From an uncultured Planctomycetia bacterium (GTDB taxonomy: Bacteria > Omnitrophota > Gorgyraeia > VGKH01 > JBHPFN01), in NCBI GenBank assembly GCA_964406665.1, contig CAYOSQ010000007.1, forward strand, positions 11,364 through 75,363: 64,000 nt of DNA, in the 5' to 3' direction. Positions 1 to 9,554 of this stretch are shown here, in pieces. The first letter of the stretch is position 1, and every line of letters starts with the position of its first letter. The position numbers and the translations under genes were made by a program. Under the pieces are notes generated by a model. It was not told the origin of the DNA, made no database searches, and was given only the letters and a program-made list of their open reading frames with translations.

Positions 1-436
1 TCACTGCTGCTATTTTTGCAATAGCATAAGGTTCGTTAGTTAATTCAAGGCTTCCGGTTAAAAGAGAATCTTCTTTTATCGGCTGAGCAGTAAACTTTGG
101 ATAGATGCAGGATGAACCAAGATTTAAAAGTTTCCTTACTCCATGATTGTATGATGAATTAATAATATTGGCAGCAATTATAAGATTATCATAAATGAAT
201 TCTGCCTTATATGTAATATTTGCCAATATACCTCCAACCTTAGCTGCGGCAAGAAAAACATAATCAGGCTTCTCAACTTCAAAAAACTTATTTACTTCCT
301 GTTGATTCCTTAAGTCTAATTCTGAAGACGTCCTTAAAATCAAGTTATTATAATTATTTAATATAAGTTTATCTTTTATGGTTGAACCTACTAAACCAGC
401 ATGCCCTGCAATATAGATTTTTGAATTTTTTTCCAT
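1..436 (-). CDS. fcl: GDP-L-fucose synthase (5' part; runs off the window edge)
   Basis: Manual translation from ATG at 436: [18 protein letters not shown]...[17 protein letters not shown]...[12 protein letters not shown]...[14 protein letters not shown]; directly downstream of gmd. Confidence 0.93.
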   Translation of the reverse strand, partial: MEKNSKIYIAGHAGLVGSTIKDKLILNNYNNLILRTSSELDLRNQQEVNKFFEVEKPDYVFLAAAKVGGILANITYKAEFIYDNLIIAANIINSSYNHGVRKLLNLGSSCIYPKFTAQPIKEDSLLTGSLELTNEPYAIAKIAAV

Positions 437-444
437 CAAATTCT

Positions 445-1599
445 TTAACTCCCCTCTATTATTCCTTCATAAAAAGAAAAGTCATGATCTGTATAGGTGA
501 AACCCTTACTTTCAGATATTCTAATTCCATCTTTTTTAGGTTCTAAACCAATGAGCTTCATATCATAATCAACCATTATTTTAACAAGTTCTTCAAAGTT
601 TATTCTTGGCTCCCAATTAAGCAAGTTCTTTGCTTTTGATGCATCCGCATTAAGATGCTCGGCTTCAGTTGGTCTGAAGTACCTGGGGTCTATTTCGATT
701 AAAGTATCACCTGATTTTAGAACTGAGTTCCATTCCTTATCAATTGATTTGATTATTCCTTTTTCCTTTTCTTCTCGACCTTTCCATTCTATTTCTATGC
801 CTATATAACTAAACGCTGTTTGTAAAAATTCTCTTACCGAATGGCTCTCCCCCGTACCCACAACATAATCATCAGGGTTATCCTGCTGCAGCATAAGCCA
901 CATTGTCTCAACGTACTCCGGGGCAAATCCCCAATCTCTCCTAGCATCAAGATTTCCTAAGTAAATTTTTCTTTGTTTTCCTGCAAGCATATTTGCTATC
1001 GCACGGGTTATTTTCCTTGTAACAAAGGTTTCACCCCTTCTTGGGCTTTCATGATTAAAAAGTATGCCGTTACAGGCAAAAATATTGTAGGCTTCTCGAT
1101 AATTTACAGTCATCCAATAAGCATAAACCTTTGCAATCGCATATGGGCTACGAGGATAAAAAGGAGTTTCCTCATTTTGCGGAGCATCAGCAGCACCAAA
1201 CATCTCTGATGAAGAAGATTGATAAAGCTTTGATTTTATTCCGCTTCTTCTTATCGCTTCAAGAATCCTTGTACACCCTAATCCGGTAATGTTGCCGGTA
1301 AACTCCGGCATATCGAAAGAAACTCTTACATGAGACTGAGCACCAAGATGATAAATCTCATCTGGTCTAATTTTCCAAATGATCTCAGTTATTAATCCAG
1401 GATCAGATAAATCACCATAATGAAGAAACAGTCTTGTGTTTGGTTGATGCGGATCCTTATATATATGATCTATTCTATGTGTATTAAATGTCGAGGCTCT
1501 TCTAATTATACCGTGTACTTCATACTTCTTTGATAAAAGAAATTCAGTTAAGTACGAGCCATCTTGCCCGGTTATACCAGTTATCAACGCTTTTTTCAT
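445..1599 (-). CDS. gmd: GDP-mannose 4,6-dehydratase
   Basis: [46 protein letters not shown] and RDWG motifs. Confidence 0.97.
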   Translation of the reverse strand: MKKALITGITGQDGSYLTEFLLSKKYEVHGIIRRASTFNTHRIDHIYKDPHQPNTRLFLHYGDLSDPGLITEIIWKIRPDEIYHLGAQSHVRVSFDMPEFTGNITGLGCTRILEAIRRSGIKSKLYQSSSSEMFGAADAPQNEETPFYPRSPYAIAKVYAYWMTVNYREAYNIFACNGILFNHESPRRGETFVTRKITRAIANMLAGKQRKIYLGNLDARRDWGFAPEYVETMWLMLQQDNPDDYVVGTGESHSVREFLQTAFSYIGIEIEWKGREEKEKGIIKSIDKEWNSVLKSGDTLIEIDPRYFRPTEAEHLNADASKAKNLLNWEPRINFEELVKIMVDYDMKLIGLEPKKDGIRISESKGFTYTDHDFSFYEGIIEGS

Positions 1600-1720
1600 G
1601 CAATCTCCTTGTATGTTGAATTTTTAACAAGCCTTGCGTTACTTGAAAAGCAAACTTTTTCCTTAAGCTACCCTAATAAAATTAACAGGTAAGCAGGCTT
1701 GATAGGATTGACAGTAACTT

Positions 1721-1749
1721 ATTGTAAAACAGCTTGTTCTGTATTGCAA
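1721..1749 (-). promoter_or_regulatory. Putative sigma70 promoter for gmd-fcl (TTGCAA-N17-TACAAT)
   Basis: Near-consensus hexamers with 17-nt spacing, ~120 nt upstream of the gmd ATG. Confidence 0.5.
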
Positions 1750-1809
1750 GAAGATTTTATGAACTTGTAGATTTATGTCTTTCTCGAGTTTGCCTTGGAC
1801 TCAATTTTC

Positions 1810-1838
1810 TTGCACTAAATATTTAGTTATGATAAACT
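1810..1838 (+). promoter_or_regulatory. Putative promoter for the protease gene (TTGCAC-N17-TAAACT, TGn extended -10), with a 14-bp palindrome at 1814-1827
   Basis: Hexamers, spacing and ACTAAATATTTAGT palindrome read from the sequence. Confidence 0.45.
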
Positions 1839-1878
1839 AACTTATTGTAAATAAATACGTTAGCAATTCTTAAGAAGA

Positions 1879-2664
1879 ATGATGCCGCGCTCAAAAATAA
1901 TCACAAATACAAAAAAAGTTTTCCTTTCAGCTGTTTTATGCTTTTTCATTTGCACTTCCGCTACTTACGCCCTGGGGAGAGACTCAATTATCCAGGTTAT
2001 TCAAACCTCTATGCCATCTATAGTAGGCATAAGGGCTGATAACGCCAAACTTACTAAATCGCCTAAGCCAGTTGCGGTTAAAGACCCAAAAACCGGTAGG
2101 ATAGCAATTGCCAGGGGAGTTAGGGCGTCGACTTATTCTCGAGAAGGTTCTGGAGTAATTGTTGATAAATCTGGATTGATTTCTACAAATGCACACACTA
2201 TTTCAGGTGCGGACCGAATCATCGTAACGCTACACAACAAAAAAGAATATGAGGTAAAATCAGCCTCAGTTGTTCCGGGCGAAGACGTTGCATTTCTGTA
2301 TATCAACCCTTCTTCTGACCTAACGCCAATTGTTTTTTCTAACTCTGATGAAATAAAAATTGGTGACAAAGCCTATACTGTGGGAAGCTCTGAATTTCTT
2401 GAAGGAACTATTAGCGCAGGTCGTGTAACCGGATTAGGCAGAAATAAACAACTTAAAAACAAAACTATGGCCCCCGTTGCAATCATTCAAACAAGTTTTA
2501 ACGTCTACAAAGGAGATAGCGGAGGACCTCTTCTTGACTACCAGGGAAAATTACTAGGTTTAATTGTTGCAGGAAAAACTAAGACTTCTCACGCGAGCTT
2601 TGCTATCCCATCAAACAAAATCAAATTATATTACGATAATCTCATAAAAGATAAATCCAAATAA
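1879..2664 (+). CDS. Trypsin-like (S1C/HtrA-type) serine protease, exported, no PDZ domain
   Basis: Signal-like N-terminus; GSGVIV, TNAH, DVAFL and GDSGGPL catalytic motifs; ORF ends right after the protease domain. Confidence 0.88.
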   Translation: MMPRSKIITNTKKVFLSAVLCFFICTSATYALGRDSIIQVIQTSMPSIVGIRADNAKLTKSPKPVAVKDPKTGRIAIARGVRASTYSREGSGVIVDKSGLISTNAHTISGADRIIVTLHNKKEYEVKSASVVPGEDVAFLYINPSSDLTPIVFSNSDEIKIGDKAYTVGSSEFLEGTISAGRVTGLGRNKQLKNKTMAPVAIIQTSFNVYKGDSGGPLLDYQGKLLGLIVAGKTKTSHASFAIPSNKIKLYYDNLIKDKSK

Positions 2665-2746
2665 TGAATTCATATCAACTAAAAGCTTATTATTTATTTG
2701 TTTTAAAACTTAATAAAAATTAGTATAATTAATTAGGGTGATATAA

Positions 2747-3154
2747 ATGATTACGTATAAGATAGAAATGATTGAAGAAGCACTTAAAGAAATCTGTAAA
2801 AAGTTTACTTTAACTAAAAATCTTCAAATCAAAAAAATAAAACTCGAAAAAGAAGATCTACAATACCGGATAACGCTTTTAGATGATTCCCAGCACACAG
2901 TGAAGCAGGAATTATTAAATCAATACATCGAAACCTTAGGCGATAAAGGCGGCTTAGAAATAGCCGGCTGTCTGATGCATTCTATCGAGCAAGAAGAAAG
3001 TGCTTTCTCTTCAGGAGACAGTGATTCTGATGAAACCTGGGACGGAGACATTCAAGATGCTATCGACTATGTTAACAAGCAAAAAAAAGAAGATGGCACT
3101 GAAGATGATGTTGACTACCAGGAAGGAAAAGATGGCGAAGATAAATATTTCTAA
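2747..3154 (+). CDS. Hypothetical protein with very acidic C-terminal tail
   Basis: 135-aa ORF with GGTGA SD-like sequence upstream; no recognised motif. Confidence 0.6.
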   Translation: MITYKIEMIEEALKEICKKFTLTKNLQIKKIKLEKEDLQYRITLLDDSQHTVKQELLNQYIETLGDKGGLEIAGCLMHSIEQEESAFSSGDSDSDETWDGDIQDAIDYVNKQKKEDGTEDDVDYQEGKDGEDKYF

Positions 3155-3160
3155 GATTTA

Positions 3161-5644
3161 TTAATATACCAGTGGTCCCTTTAACCTACGAATACGAAAT
3201 ACTGTTTGCTTCTTAATCACCTTTCTATTCTTCTTTAATTGATTTCTGTTAAGAAAGAGATTCTTCCAAGCCCTGAAAATCGGTCGAATATCTCCATGTG
3301 CACATAACAAAATTCTAAATGTCCACAAACTGCTTGTAGTCAACACGTAGTGCAAAGGTAAATTTAAAACAGCTACCTTGATTCTATTTTCCAAAAAAGT
3401 GGTGAAATATTCACAAGACCCGCTTATCTTTTCATCCTGCTTCTTTTTATGAAGAACTGTCACGCTGGGAAAATATAATATTCTATAACCGGCATCTAAA
3501 ATTCTGTAGGATAAATCAATTTCTTCGTTACCCTTATAAGAAAAGTTTCCATAGACTCCCACTTCCTTAAAAACATCACGGCGCATCGCACAGCCTGCCG
3601 CGATAAACCAAGAGGTTTCAAATTCTTGCCTATGAGATACCATCTTATCTCTCATCGGAAAAGCAGCTTTCTGCAACCTTTTATTAAAATAATCTACAAT
3701 TTTAAAAGCCAAGACTCCAATACTCTCATCATTAATTAATTTATCCACAATTTTGCTTACTGCATCTTTCTCAACAATCTCAACATCATCATCTAAACCT
3801 ATTATGATACCTCCTTTTGATTCATTTATAGCAATATTCCTTCCCGCACTTGCTCCTTTATTAGTATTTTGTCTTAAATATTTAATCTTTTCGTTTTTGA
3901 ATTCTGACTCAAAAAGCTTTTCGGTACCATCTTGAGAACCATTGTCTACTATAATTATTTCATAATTCTCATAGTCCTGCTTTTCAAGTGATAAAAGTAA
4001 TTCACGTAAATATCTTCTGCGGTTAAAAGTGACTATTATAATAGAAACTAGTAGATTTTCTCTGTTTAGATTTACTCTTTTAGCTGAATAGGCTGATCTT
4101 TCAATTCTTTTATCAACAAAAGCATATTCCTTTCCACCCTTTCCCCTTAACTTACCGGCAACCATAGAAAGGACAAATTTGTCTTCGGCATCAAGCTTCA
4201 AAACAAAAATACTAATCAAATATACAATTAAGGTAGAACAAGAAATAATCAAAAGTCTTTTTACTTGAAAAATGTCTTCGCTGATATACTCCTTGATAAA
4301 TCCAAGAAAAACAATACAGACACCAGCAGCAATTAGTCCTTTTAAAAAAGATATTTTGAAAGAATGCATCTTAAGAAAGTGAAAGACTTCAACTAATTGC
4401 ACAAAACTCATTAGCACTATTGAAATTCCGGTTGCAATAGCTGCTCCATGCATCCCGTACTGAGGAATAAGCAAAAAGTTCAATAGAACATTAATTCCGG
4501 CAACAGCAATATCATTAAACAAAATTATTTTATGATGTCCCGACATTATCAACATGTGTCTAGCCGGTCCAATACTACAACGTATAAGTTGCGCAACAAT
4601 CAATATTACCAATACGTAGGAACCCAAAACAAACTTATCTCCAAATAATGCCATGATGTCTCTAGCTAAGAATGCCACAATAATACATGCAGGCAATGTT
4701 AGGAAACTAATCCATTTAGCAGTAATCTTGAATAAGTTTTCCAGTTGTTGACGTTTATTTCTGTTATAAAGATCTGAAATAACAGGTGCAAAAATTGTAA
4801 CAAAAGACCTTAGGAAAATTGTAAGAATAAAGGCAATTTGAACGGCAACCCTATAAATACCAACCTCTACCTCTGTTTTAAAATACCCCAGCATTAAAGC
4901 ATCGGTCCACATAATCAGGAAAAATAAAAAGTCAGAAATGGATAAAGGAAGAGAAAAAGTTATAAGCTTAGAGGTCTCAAATAGAGGCTTAACATCTTTG
5001 GCCACCTTTAATTCTCTATTAATAAGAAATAAAGTTACGACCAAACTTAATACTGCAGAAATTATCCATGCACATATCGCTCCGTAAAGCTTAAATCCAG
5101 CAATGTAGAAAACGCCAATTAAGGATAGATTAACTAAAGGATTGAAGAAATTTCTTACTCCGACGAAATAACGAATTTTCTGAAAACCTCTAGTAACATA
5201 AAGCGCAACTATTAATGATGCTCCAAAAGGTACACCTAAAGAAAAAAGTTTTATAACATTATTTATGCTTATGTTATGGAAAATTCTCTCAGCGATAAAG
5301 CCTGAGCTTAAAAATAATATTGCCCCAATTGCAACTCCTACAATAAATGAAAATGTAATTGATTGAAAAACAACACCCTTAGCCCTCCTATAATCTCCCT
5401 CTCCTAAATACAGGGCAACATATCGAACCGCACCTTCGTGAAGACCAATTCTTGATAAAATCTCAGCAACACCAAAAATTGCAAAACCAAGCGAATAGAT
5501 ACCAAATAGCTCCGCGCCCAAAAATCTAGCAATTATAAGATGTGAAAGACCGTATATTCCGGCACCAAAAAGACTACCAAAGAAACTAATACCTGCCCCC
5601 CTGGCAACTTTTCTTACATCGTTTTCATTAAACTCTATAGTCAT
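3161..5644 (-). CDS. Wzx-type (MOP family) oligosaccharide flippase fused to a C-terminal GT2 glycosyltransferase
   Basis: ~500-aa multi-TM region (ARFLGAELFGIY, TDALMLGYF, EVGIY, LIPQYGMHGAAIAT), then VSIIIVTFNR, IVDNGSQDGT, LDDD and EEIDLSYR. Confidence 0.85.
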   Translation of the reverse strand: MTIEFNENDVRKVARGAGISFFGSLFGAGIYGLSHLIIARFLGAELFGIYSLGFAIFGVAEILSRIGLHEGAVRYVALYLGEGDYRRAKGVVFQSITFSFIVGVAIGAILFLSSGFIAERIFHNISINNVIKLFSLGVPFGASLIVALYVTRGFQKIRYFVGVRNFFNPLVNLSLIGVFYIAGFKLYGAICAWIISAVLSLVVTLFLINRELKVAKDVKPLFETSKLITFSLPLSISDFLFFLIMWTDALMLGYFKTEVEVGIYRVAVQIAFILTIFLRSFVTIFAPVISDLYNRNKRQQLENLFKITAKWISFLTLPACIIVAFLARDIMALFGDKFVLGSYVLVILIVAQLIRCSIGPARHMLIMSGHHKIILFNDIAVAGINVLLNFLLIPQYGMHGAAIATGISIVLMSFVQLVEVFHFLKMHSFKISFLKGLIAAGVCIVFLGFIKEYISEDIFQVKRLLIISCSTLIVYLISIFVLKLDAEDKFVLSMVAGKLRGKGGKEYAFVDKRIERSAYSAKRVNLNRENLLVSIIIVTFNRRRYLRELLLSLEKQDYENYEIIIVDNGSQDGTEKLFESEFKNEKIKYLRQNTNKGASAGRNIAINESKGGIIIGLDDDVEIVEKDAVSKIVDKLINDESIGVLAFKIVDYFNKRLQKAAFPMRDKMVSHRQEFETSWFIAAGCAMRRDVFKEVGVYGNFSYKGNEEIDLSYRILDAGYRILYFPSVTVLHKKKQDEKISGSCEYFTTFLENRIKVAVLNLPLHYVLTTSSLWTFRILLCAHGDIRPIFRAWKNLFLNRNQLKKNRKVIKKQTVFRIRRLKGPLVY

Positions 5645-5666
5645 ATATTTTAAGTTTTTTGAAATT

Positions 5667-6581
5667 TTACAGTTTTAGCTTACGTACCATTCTTTTCAAC
5701 CCTAGCATAATATACCTAAAATCGCCATAAAGCAAATACCACATAATCCTTTTAAGCATATAAAATTTTGCTTTGAATTTATTCCTCTTTAGTGAATATT
5801 TCATTAATATCTTTTTATCATCGGCTATTTTCATATCCCAAATATTAGATGTTTTTGTCTGCGGATGACAATGCATAGCGCCCCAGAATTCCGGAATATG
5901 CTTAAACCGTACCTTAGATAAACCTAATCGAAGAAAAAAATCATAATCCATAGAAAAAAACCAATTTTCATCAATATAGCCAACTTTCTCAAAAAGCTCC
6001 CTCTTCCAAAAAGCAGATTCATTCACGATAATATTTCCTTCATGGATCAACGACCCAAGAGAAAAAGGCGTATATTTAAATTCAAAATTGTAATTCTCAT
6101 TTTCATCTACCAAAAGCTTATCTGCGAAGAAAACATCTACAGATGGATTATTTTTATAAATTGAGCCAACTCTATTAAAAACTCCTGGTAGATAAAAATC
6201 GTCTGAATTCTGCCATCCGATTAAATCCCCTGTACATCTTTCGAACCCTTTATTCAACGCATGGGTATGGCACCTATCTGGTTCGCTCACCCAATAAGAA
6301 AGATACTTTTCATATTTTCTAATTATGTCTACTGAACCATCTTTCGAATTACCATCAATTATTATATATTCCAGATTGGGATAGTTTTGATTCAATACAC
6401 TAAGAATTGTTTTCTCCAGATACTTTTCTTGATTAAGCGAAGACGTAACAATAGAAATCTTAGGCCATGATTCACATTTGCCTAAAACTACTCTCTCTTC
6501 AAATAGCGGCTTAGAAAGAAACTCTTGCGTCTTCTCAGCATCATAAGTATTCACCAATCGATTTTTTAAGATAGTTCCCAT
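5667..6581 (-). CDS. Glycosyltransferase family 2
   Basis: KISIVTSSLNQ, IIDGNSKDGS, NSDD and MDYDFFLR. Confidence 0.92.
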   Translation of the reverse strand: MGTILKNRLVNTYDAEKTQEFLSKPLFEERVVLGKCESWPKISIVTSSLNQEKYLEKTILSVLNQNYPNLEYIIIDGNSKDGSVDIIRKYEKYLSYWVSEPDRCHTHALNKGFERCTGDLIGWQNSDDFYLPGVFNRVGSIYKNNPSVDVFFADKLLVDENENYNFEFKYTPFSLGSLIHEGNIIVNESAFWKRELFEKVGYIDENWFFSMDYDFFLRLGLSKVRFKHIPEFWGAMHCHPQTKTSNIWDMKIADDKKILMKYSLKRNKFKAKFYMLKRIMWYLLYGDFRYIMLGLKRMVRKLKL

Positions 6582-6583
6582 AT

Positions 6584-7855
6584 TTATCTTCGCTTCTTCA
6601 ATAACTCTTCATATAACTTAATATAGCGCTCTGCCTCTAAAACCGAAGAAAACTCTTCTTCCACCTTCTGTCTTGTTGTTTGAGATAGCCTTTTCATTCG
6701 ATTAGAATTAGAAAGTACCCAGTTAATACCATGCGCTAAATCTGAAGATTCAAACGGCTTGACAAGATAGCCAGTATATTCATGTTTAATCATGTCGGGA
6801 ATTCCACCAATACTAAAAGCGACACAAGGCGTACCGCACGACATTGCCTCCAGAATTGTATTGGGAAAATTATCCTCGACCGACGGAGCCACAAATACAT
6901 CACATGCCGCATAAAGCAATGCCTTGGAGATCTCATCGTGCAAATAACCCATGGAATAAATTTGAGAAGGCCAGTGACCCTGCATGGGCTTTTGCCATGA
7001 GCCAAAAATAACTAAGCCTGGTAATGGTATCTCGTTTTTTTCTTTTAATATTTCAAGCGCAGATTCTAAATATTTATACCCCTTGCGCGGATCACTTAAA
7101 GGATTTACCGCTCCGAAAAGTAATAATTGTTTATCTTGAGGCAAATTAAGAAGCGTTCTTGCTTGAGCCTTAGGAATTTGCCGATAAGTTGCAGTATCTA
7201 CCCCGTTTGGAATGACCTCTATGCGAGCATTGCCGAATAGAGAACTGCGTCTGACGCAAGTAGCAAGCCAGTTGCTTGGCGATACTATAGTCAATGCAGA
7301 AGTATCCCAGCTACGTTTTTTTTGCTTCAATACCCTATATGAAAGATCACAACTGCATTTACTGCCCAATTGGGGACATTGACCGCATTGTTGCTCAAAA
7401 CCCTTACATGAACCTACATAATGACAGCCACCAGTAAAAGGCCACATGTCGGATAATCTCCACACCGCAGGCTTTCCTAACTGTAAAAGATGGCCGATAG
7501 TTTTTACGCCTAAAAATCCTCCACAAATCCAATACAGAGCAATGATATCAGCTTGTTGTACTTGAGACAACTTTTCTACGGGAAATAGTTGAAGCCAACC
7601 AGGATGCCAAACAACCCTTTTTTGTCTACGGGGCCAAGAAAGCAGTGGAAGAAGATCTAGATAGCCAGCAATCTTACTAAGAAACTTTCCCCTAGTCGAA
7701 GTAAATGCCCATTCTACGGTACTATCATCCGAAAGGCCCTTTTGTACCAATCGCTTGCTATCTATCCCTTTTTCCAAGAGAGCTTGATGTAAATGATGCG
7801 ACTCGCGAGCAGCCCCTCCTTGAAGATCGAATGTGTTAAGATGAACAACGCGCAC
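6584..7855 (-). CDS. Glycosyltransferase family 4 (WcaC-like)
   Basis: GGAA, DMWPFTGGCHY with Cys cluster, IPNGVD and EDNFPNTILEAMSCGTP; GTG start. Confidence 0.9.
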   Translation of the reverse strand: MRVVHLNTFDLQGGAARESHHLHQALLEKGIDSKRLVQKGLSDDSTVEWAFTSTRGKFLSKIAGYLDLLPLLSWPRRQKRVVWHPGWLQLFPVEKLSQVQQADIIALYWICGGFLGVKTIGHLLQLGKPAVWRLSDMWPFTGGCHYVGSCKGFEQQCGQCPQLGSKCSCDLSYRVLKQKKRSWDTSALTIVSPSNWLATCVRRSSLFGNARIEVIPNGVDTATYRQIPKAQARTLLNLPQDKQLLLFGAVNPLSDPRKGYKYLESALEILKEKNEIPLPGLVIFGSWQKPMQGHWPSQIYSMGYLHDEISKALLYAACDVFVAPSVEDNFPNTILEAMSCGTPCVAFSIGGIPDMIKHEYTGYLVKPFESSDLAHGINWVLSNSNRMKRLSQTTRQKVEEEFSSVLEAERYIKLYEELLKKRR

Positions 7856-9554
7856 TGATAAAACACTCCCTTTTTAAATAATCTGAACTTGAATCACATA
7901 GCGCCCATTCTGCAAATTCATATAAATCCTCAGCATTTTTGAGCTCATCCAACGAATGTATCGTTGGTAGTAAATTATGATCAAGTGGATGCACTCCCTT
8001 TTTCTTATAATTAAATTCTGCCTTGAAGCTTTTCATCTCCCACAGACGTAGATTAAAAATCGCATAAGCATGTTTTTTTGCAAGCATCATTTGCTCTTCT
8101 GTTAGCTGAGAAAATTCATGGATATGTTTTAGTTTATCGAGATATTGCTCTCGAGAATCAGAATCAATAGTAAAGCCAAAACCTGAGTACCTTCCCGTCC
8201 CTGCAGTAAAAACCGGCTTCCCGAAACAAGGAAGCTCCATACCCACAGTTCCTCGGACTGTAATACCGTAATCTGCTAACTCAAACAGCGAAAATGAATT
8301 AATGTCAGTATCTGGATGCAGCAAGAATATGTGTGCAGGCAATTCTCCAACTTTTTCTCTTATTAGAAATACCTCTCTTAATTCTCCGGATATCTTCTCG
8401 CGATTCCTCTTCCACACGTTTCCAGGATGAAGTTTAATTATCCAATTTACATTAGGATTTAAAACAGCCACTTTTACAGTTTCAATAAACCATTCCTCAT
8501 AATCCTCGAAAAGATCATCACCATAAAATAAATTAGCATCCCAAAGTATATGAGAAAACAAGACTGCAGTCTTCTTTTGTGAATCTATTCCTAATTGCGA
8601 GACTATCTCTTGCTTACTCTTCTTTTGTTTTCCTTGTTGATTTCTTCGACTCAAAAACCATATCCCTCCATAACGCTTCTCGAATTCATCAAGTACGGCA
8701 CTCTCCTGTTCCTGGCCCCATGGCATTGTCTTTATTTTCTCAAACGTCGAAGGTGAAAGCGAATTTGGATGCGACCCCATCGATTCCTTGTCAAATCGCT
8801 TGAAGGTCACCGCGTCATCTCGCAGTGGTTGGACAAATTGTATTACATCCATCTGTCTATTAAATGCTAAATCGGATATACCACCATATACCGAACCTTT
8901 TGCTTCGTTAAAAATAAGCATATCAGGATTTATTTCATCTAAAAGCATGCCTGAGGCATAAATTGTTTTTATTTCATCACGCAGCAAAAAACCGAAAAGT
9001 TCATGCAGCTTAGGATGAGCTAAATCAGGTGTTCCGTGCAAACGCCTAGCGAATGAGCTTAAAATCTGTTGACCTAAATGACAATTCTTGAACTTCCATT
9101 GCTTCACTTCTTGAAAGCTTATCTTTTTCTGCAAAAATTCTTCCGCGACACCCTCAACCTCCTCATTCTTCACGCGAGAAATAAAATCTTCTAAATATAC
9201 GAATTTACTTATTCCAAAAGATCGAAAATACTTCTGGGGCCAGACGCAATGCTTATAAGTCACAACAGTTATATCACACCCTCGAAGCTGCAAGGCTTTT
9301 GCAAACGTTGCCTCTTTTTTAACCTGATAGAGAAACTGCGTAAGGCTAACTATGCATACTTTTTTATTTATTAATTGCTCTGGAACTTCTTTAAAAAAAC
9401 TAAACTTCTTTTCAAGAATTGCATAATCGTGAACGATAGCCAATCGATGAAGAATGTTCCAATTGTTTTTAATCAATTGCAACTTTAGCTTCAACCACGG
9501 CATACCTGAAATAAATCTTGATAATCTTTCTCTTGCCCTCTTTATAATCATCAC
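7836..9554 (-). CDS. Capsule-biosynthesis (KpsS/Capsule_synth-like) GT-B protein; candidate ulosonic-acid transferase
   Basis: IIKLHP motif and ITVRGTVGMELPCFGKPV C-terminal GT-B signature; same locus as neuABC. Confidence 0.6.
   Translation of the reverse strand: MMIIKRARERLSRFISGMPWLKLKLQLIKNNWNILHRLAIVHDYAILEKKFSFFKEVPEQLINKKVCIVSLTQFLYQVKKEATFAKALQLRGCDITVVTYKHCVWPQKYFRSFGISKFVYLEDFISRVKNEEVEGVAEEFLQKKISFQEVKQWKFKNCHLGQQILSSFARRLHGTPDLAHPKLHELFGFLLRDEIKTIYASGMLLDEINPDMLIFNEAKGSVYGGISDLAFNRQMDVIQFVQPLRDDAVTFKRFDKESMGSHPNSLSPSTFEKIKTMPWGQEQESAVLDEFEKRYGGIWFLSRRNQQGKQKKSKQEIVSQLGIDSQKKTAVLFSHILWDANLFYGDDLFEDYEEWFIETVKVAVLNPNVNWIIKLHPGNVWKRNREKISGELREVFLIREKVGELPAHIFLLHPDTDINSFSLFELADYGITVRGTVGMELPCFGKPVFTAGTGRYSGFGFTIDSDSREQYLDKLKHIHEFSQLTEEQMMLAKKHAYAIFNLRLWEMKSFKAEFNYKKKGVHPLDHNLLPTIHSLDELKNAEDLYEFAEWALCDSSSDYLKRECFISARCSS

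Noticed and set aside
4073-4126. AAGGA-N2-ATG in another frame at the flippase/GT2 junction, suggesting a separate GT2 start
   Set aside because: That frame stops after 17 codons and does not lead into the GT2 domain.
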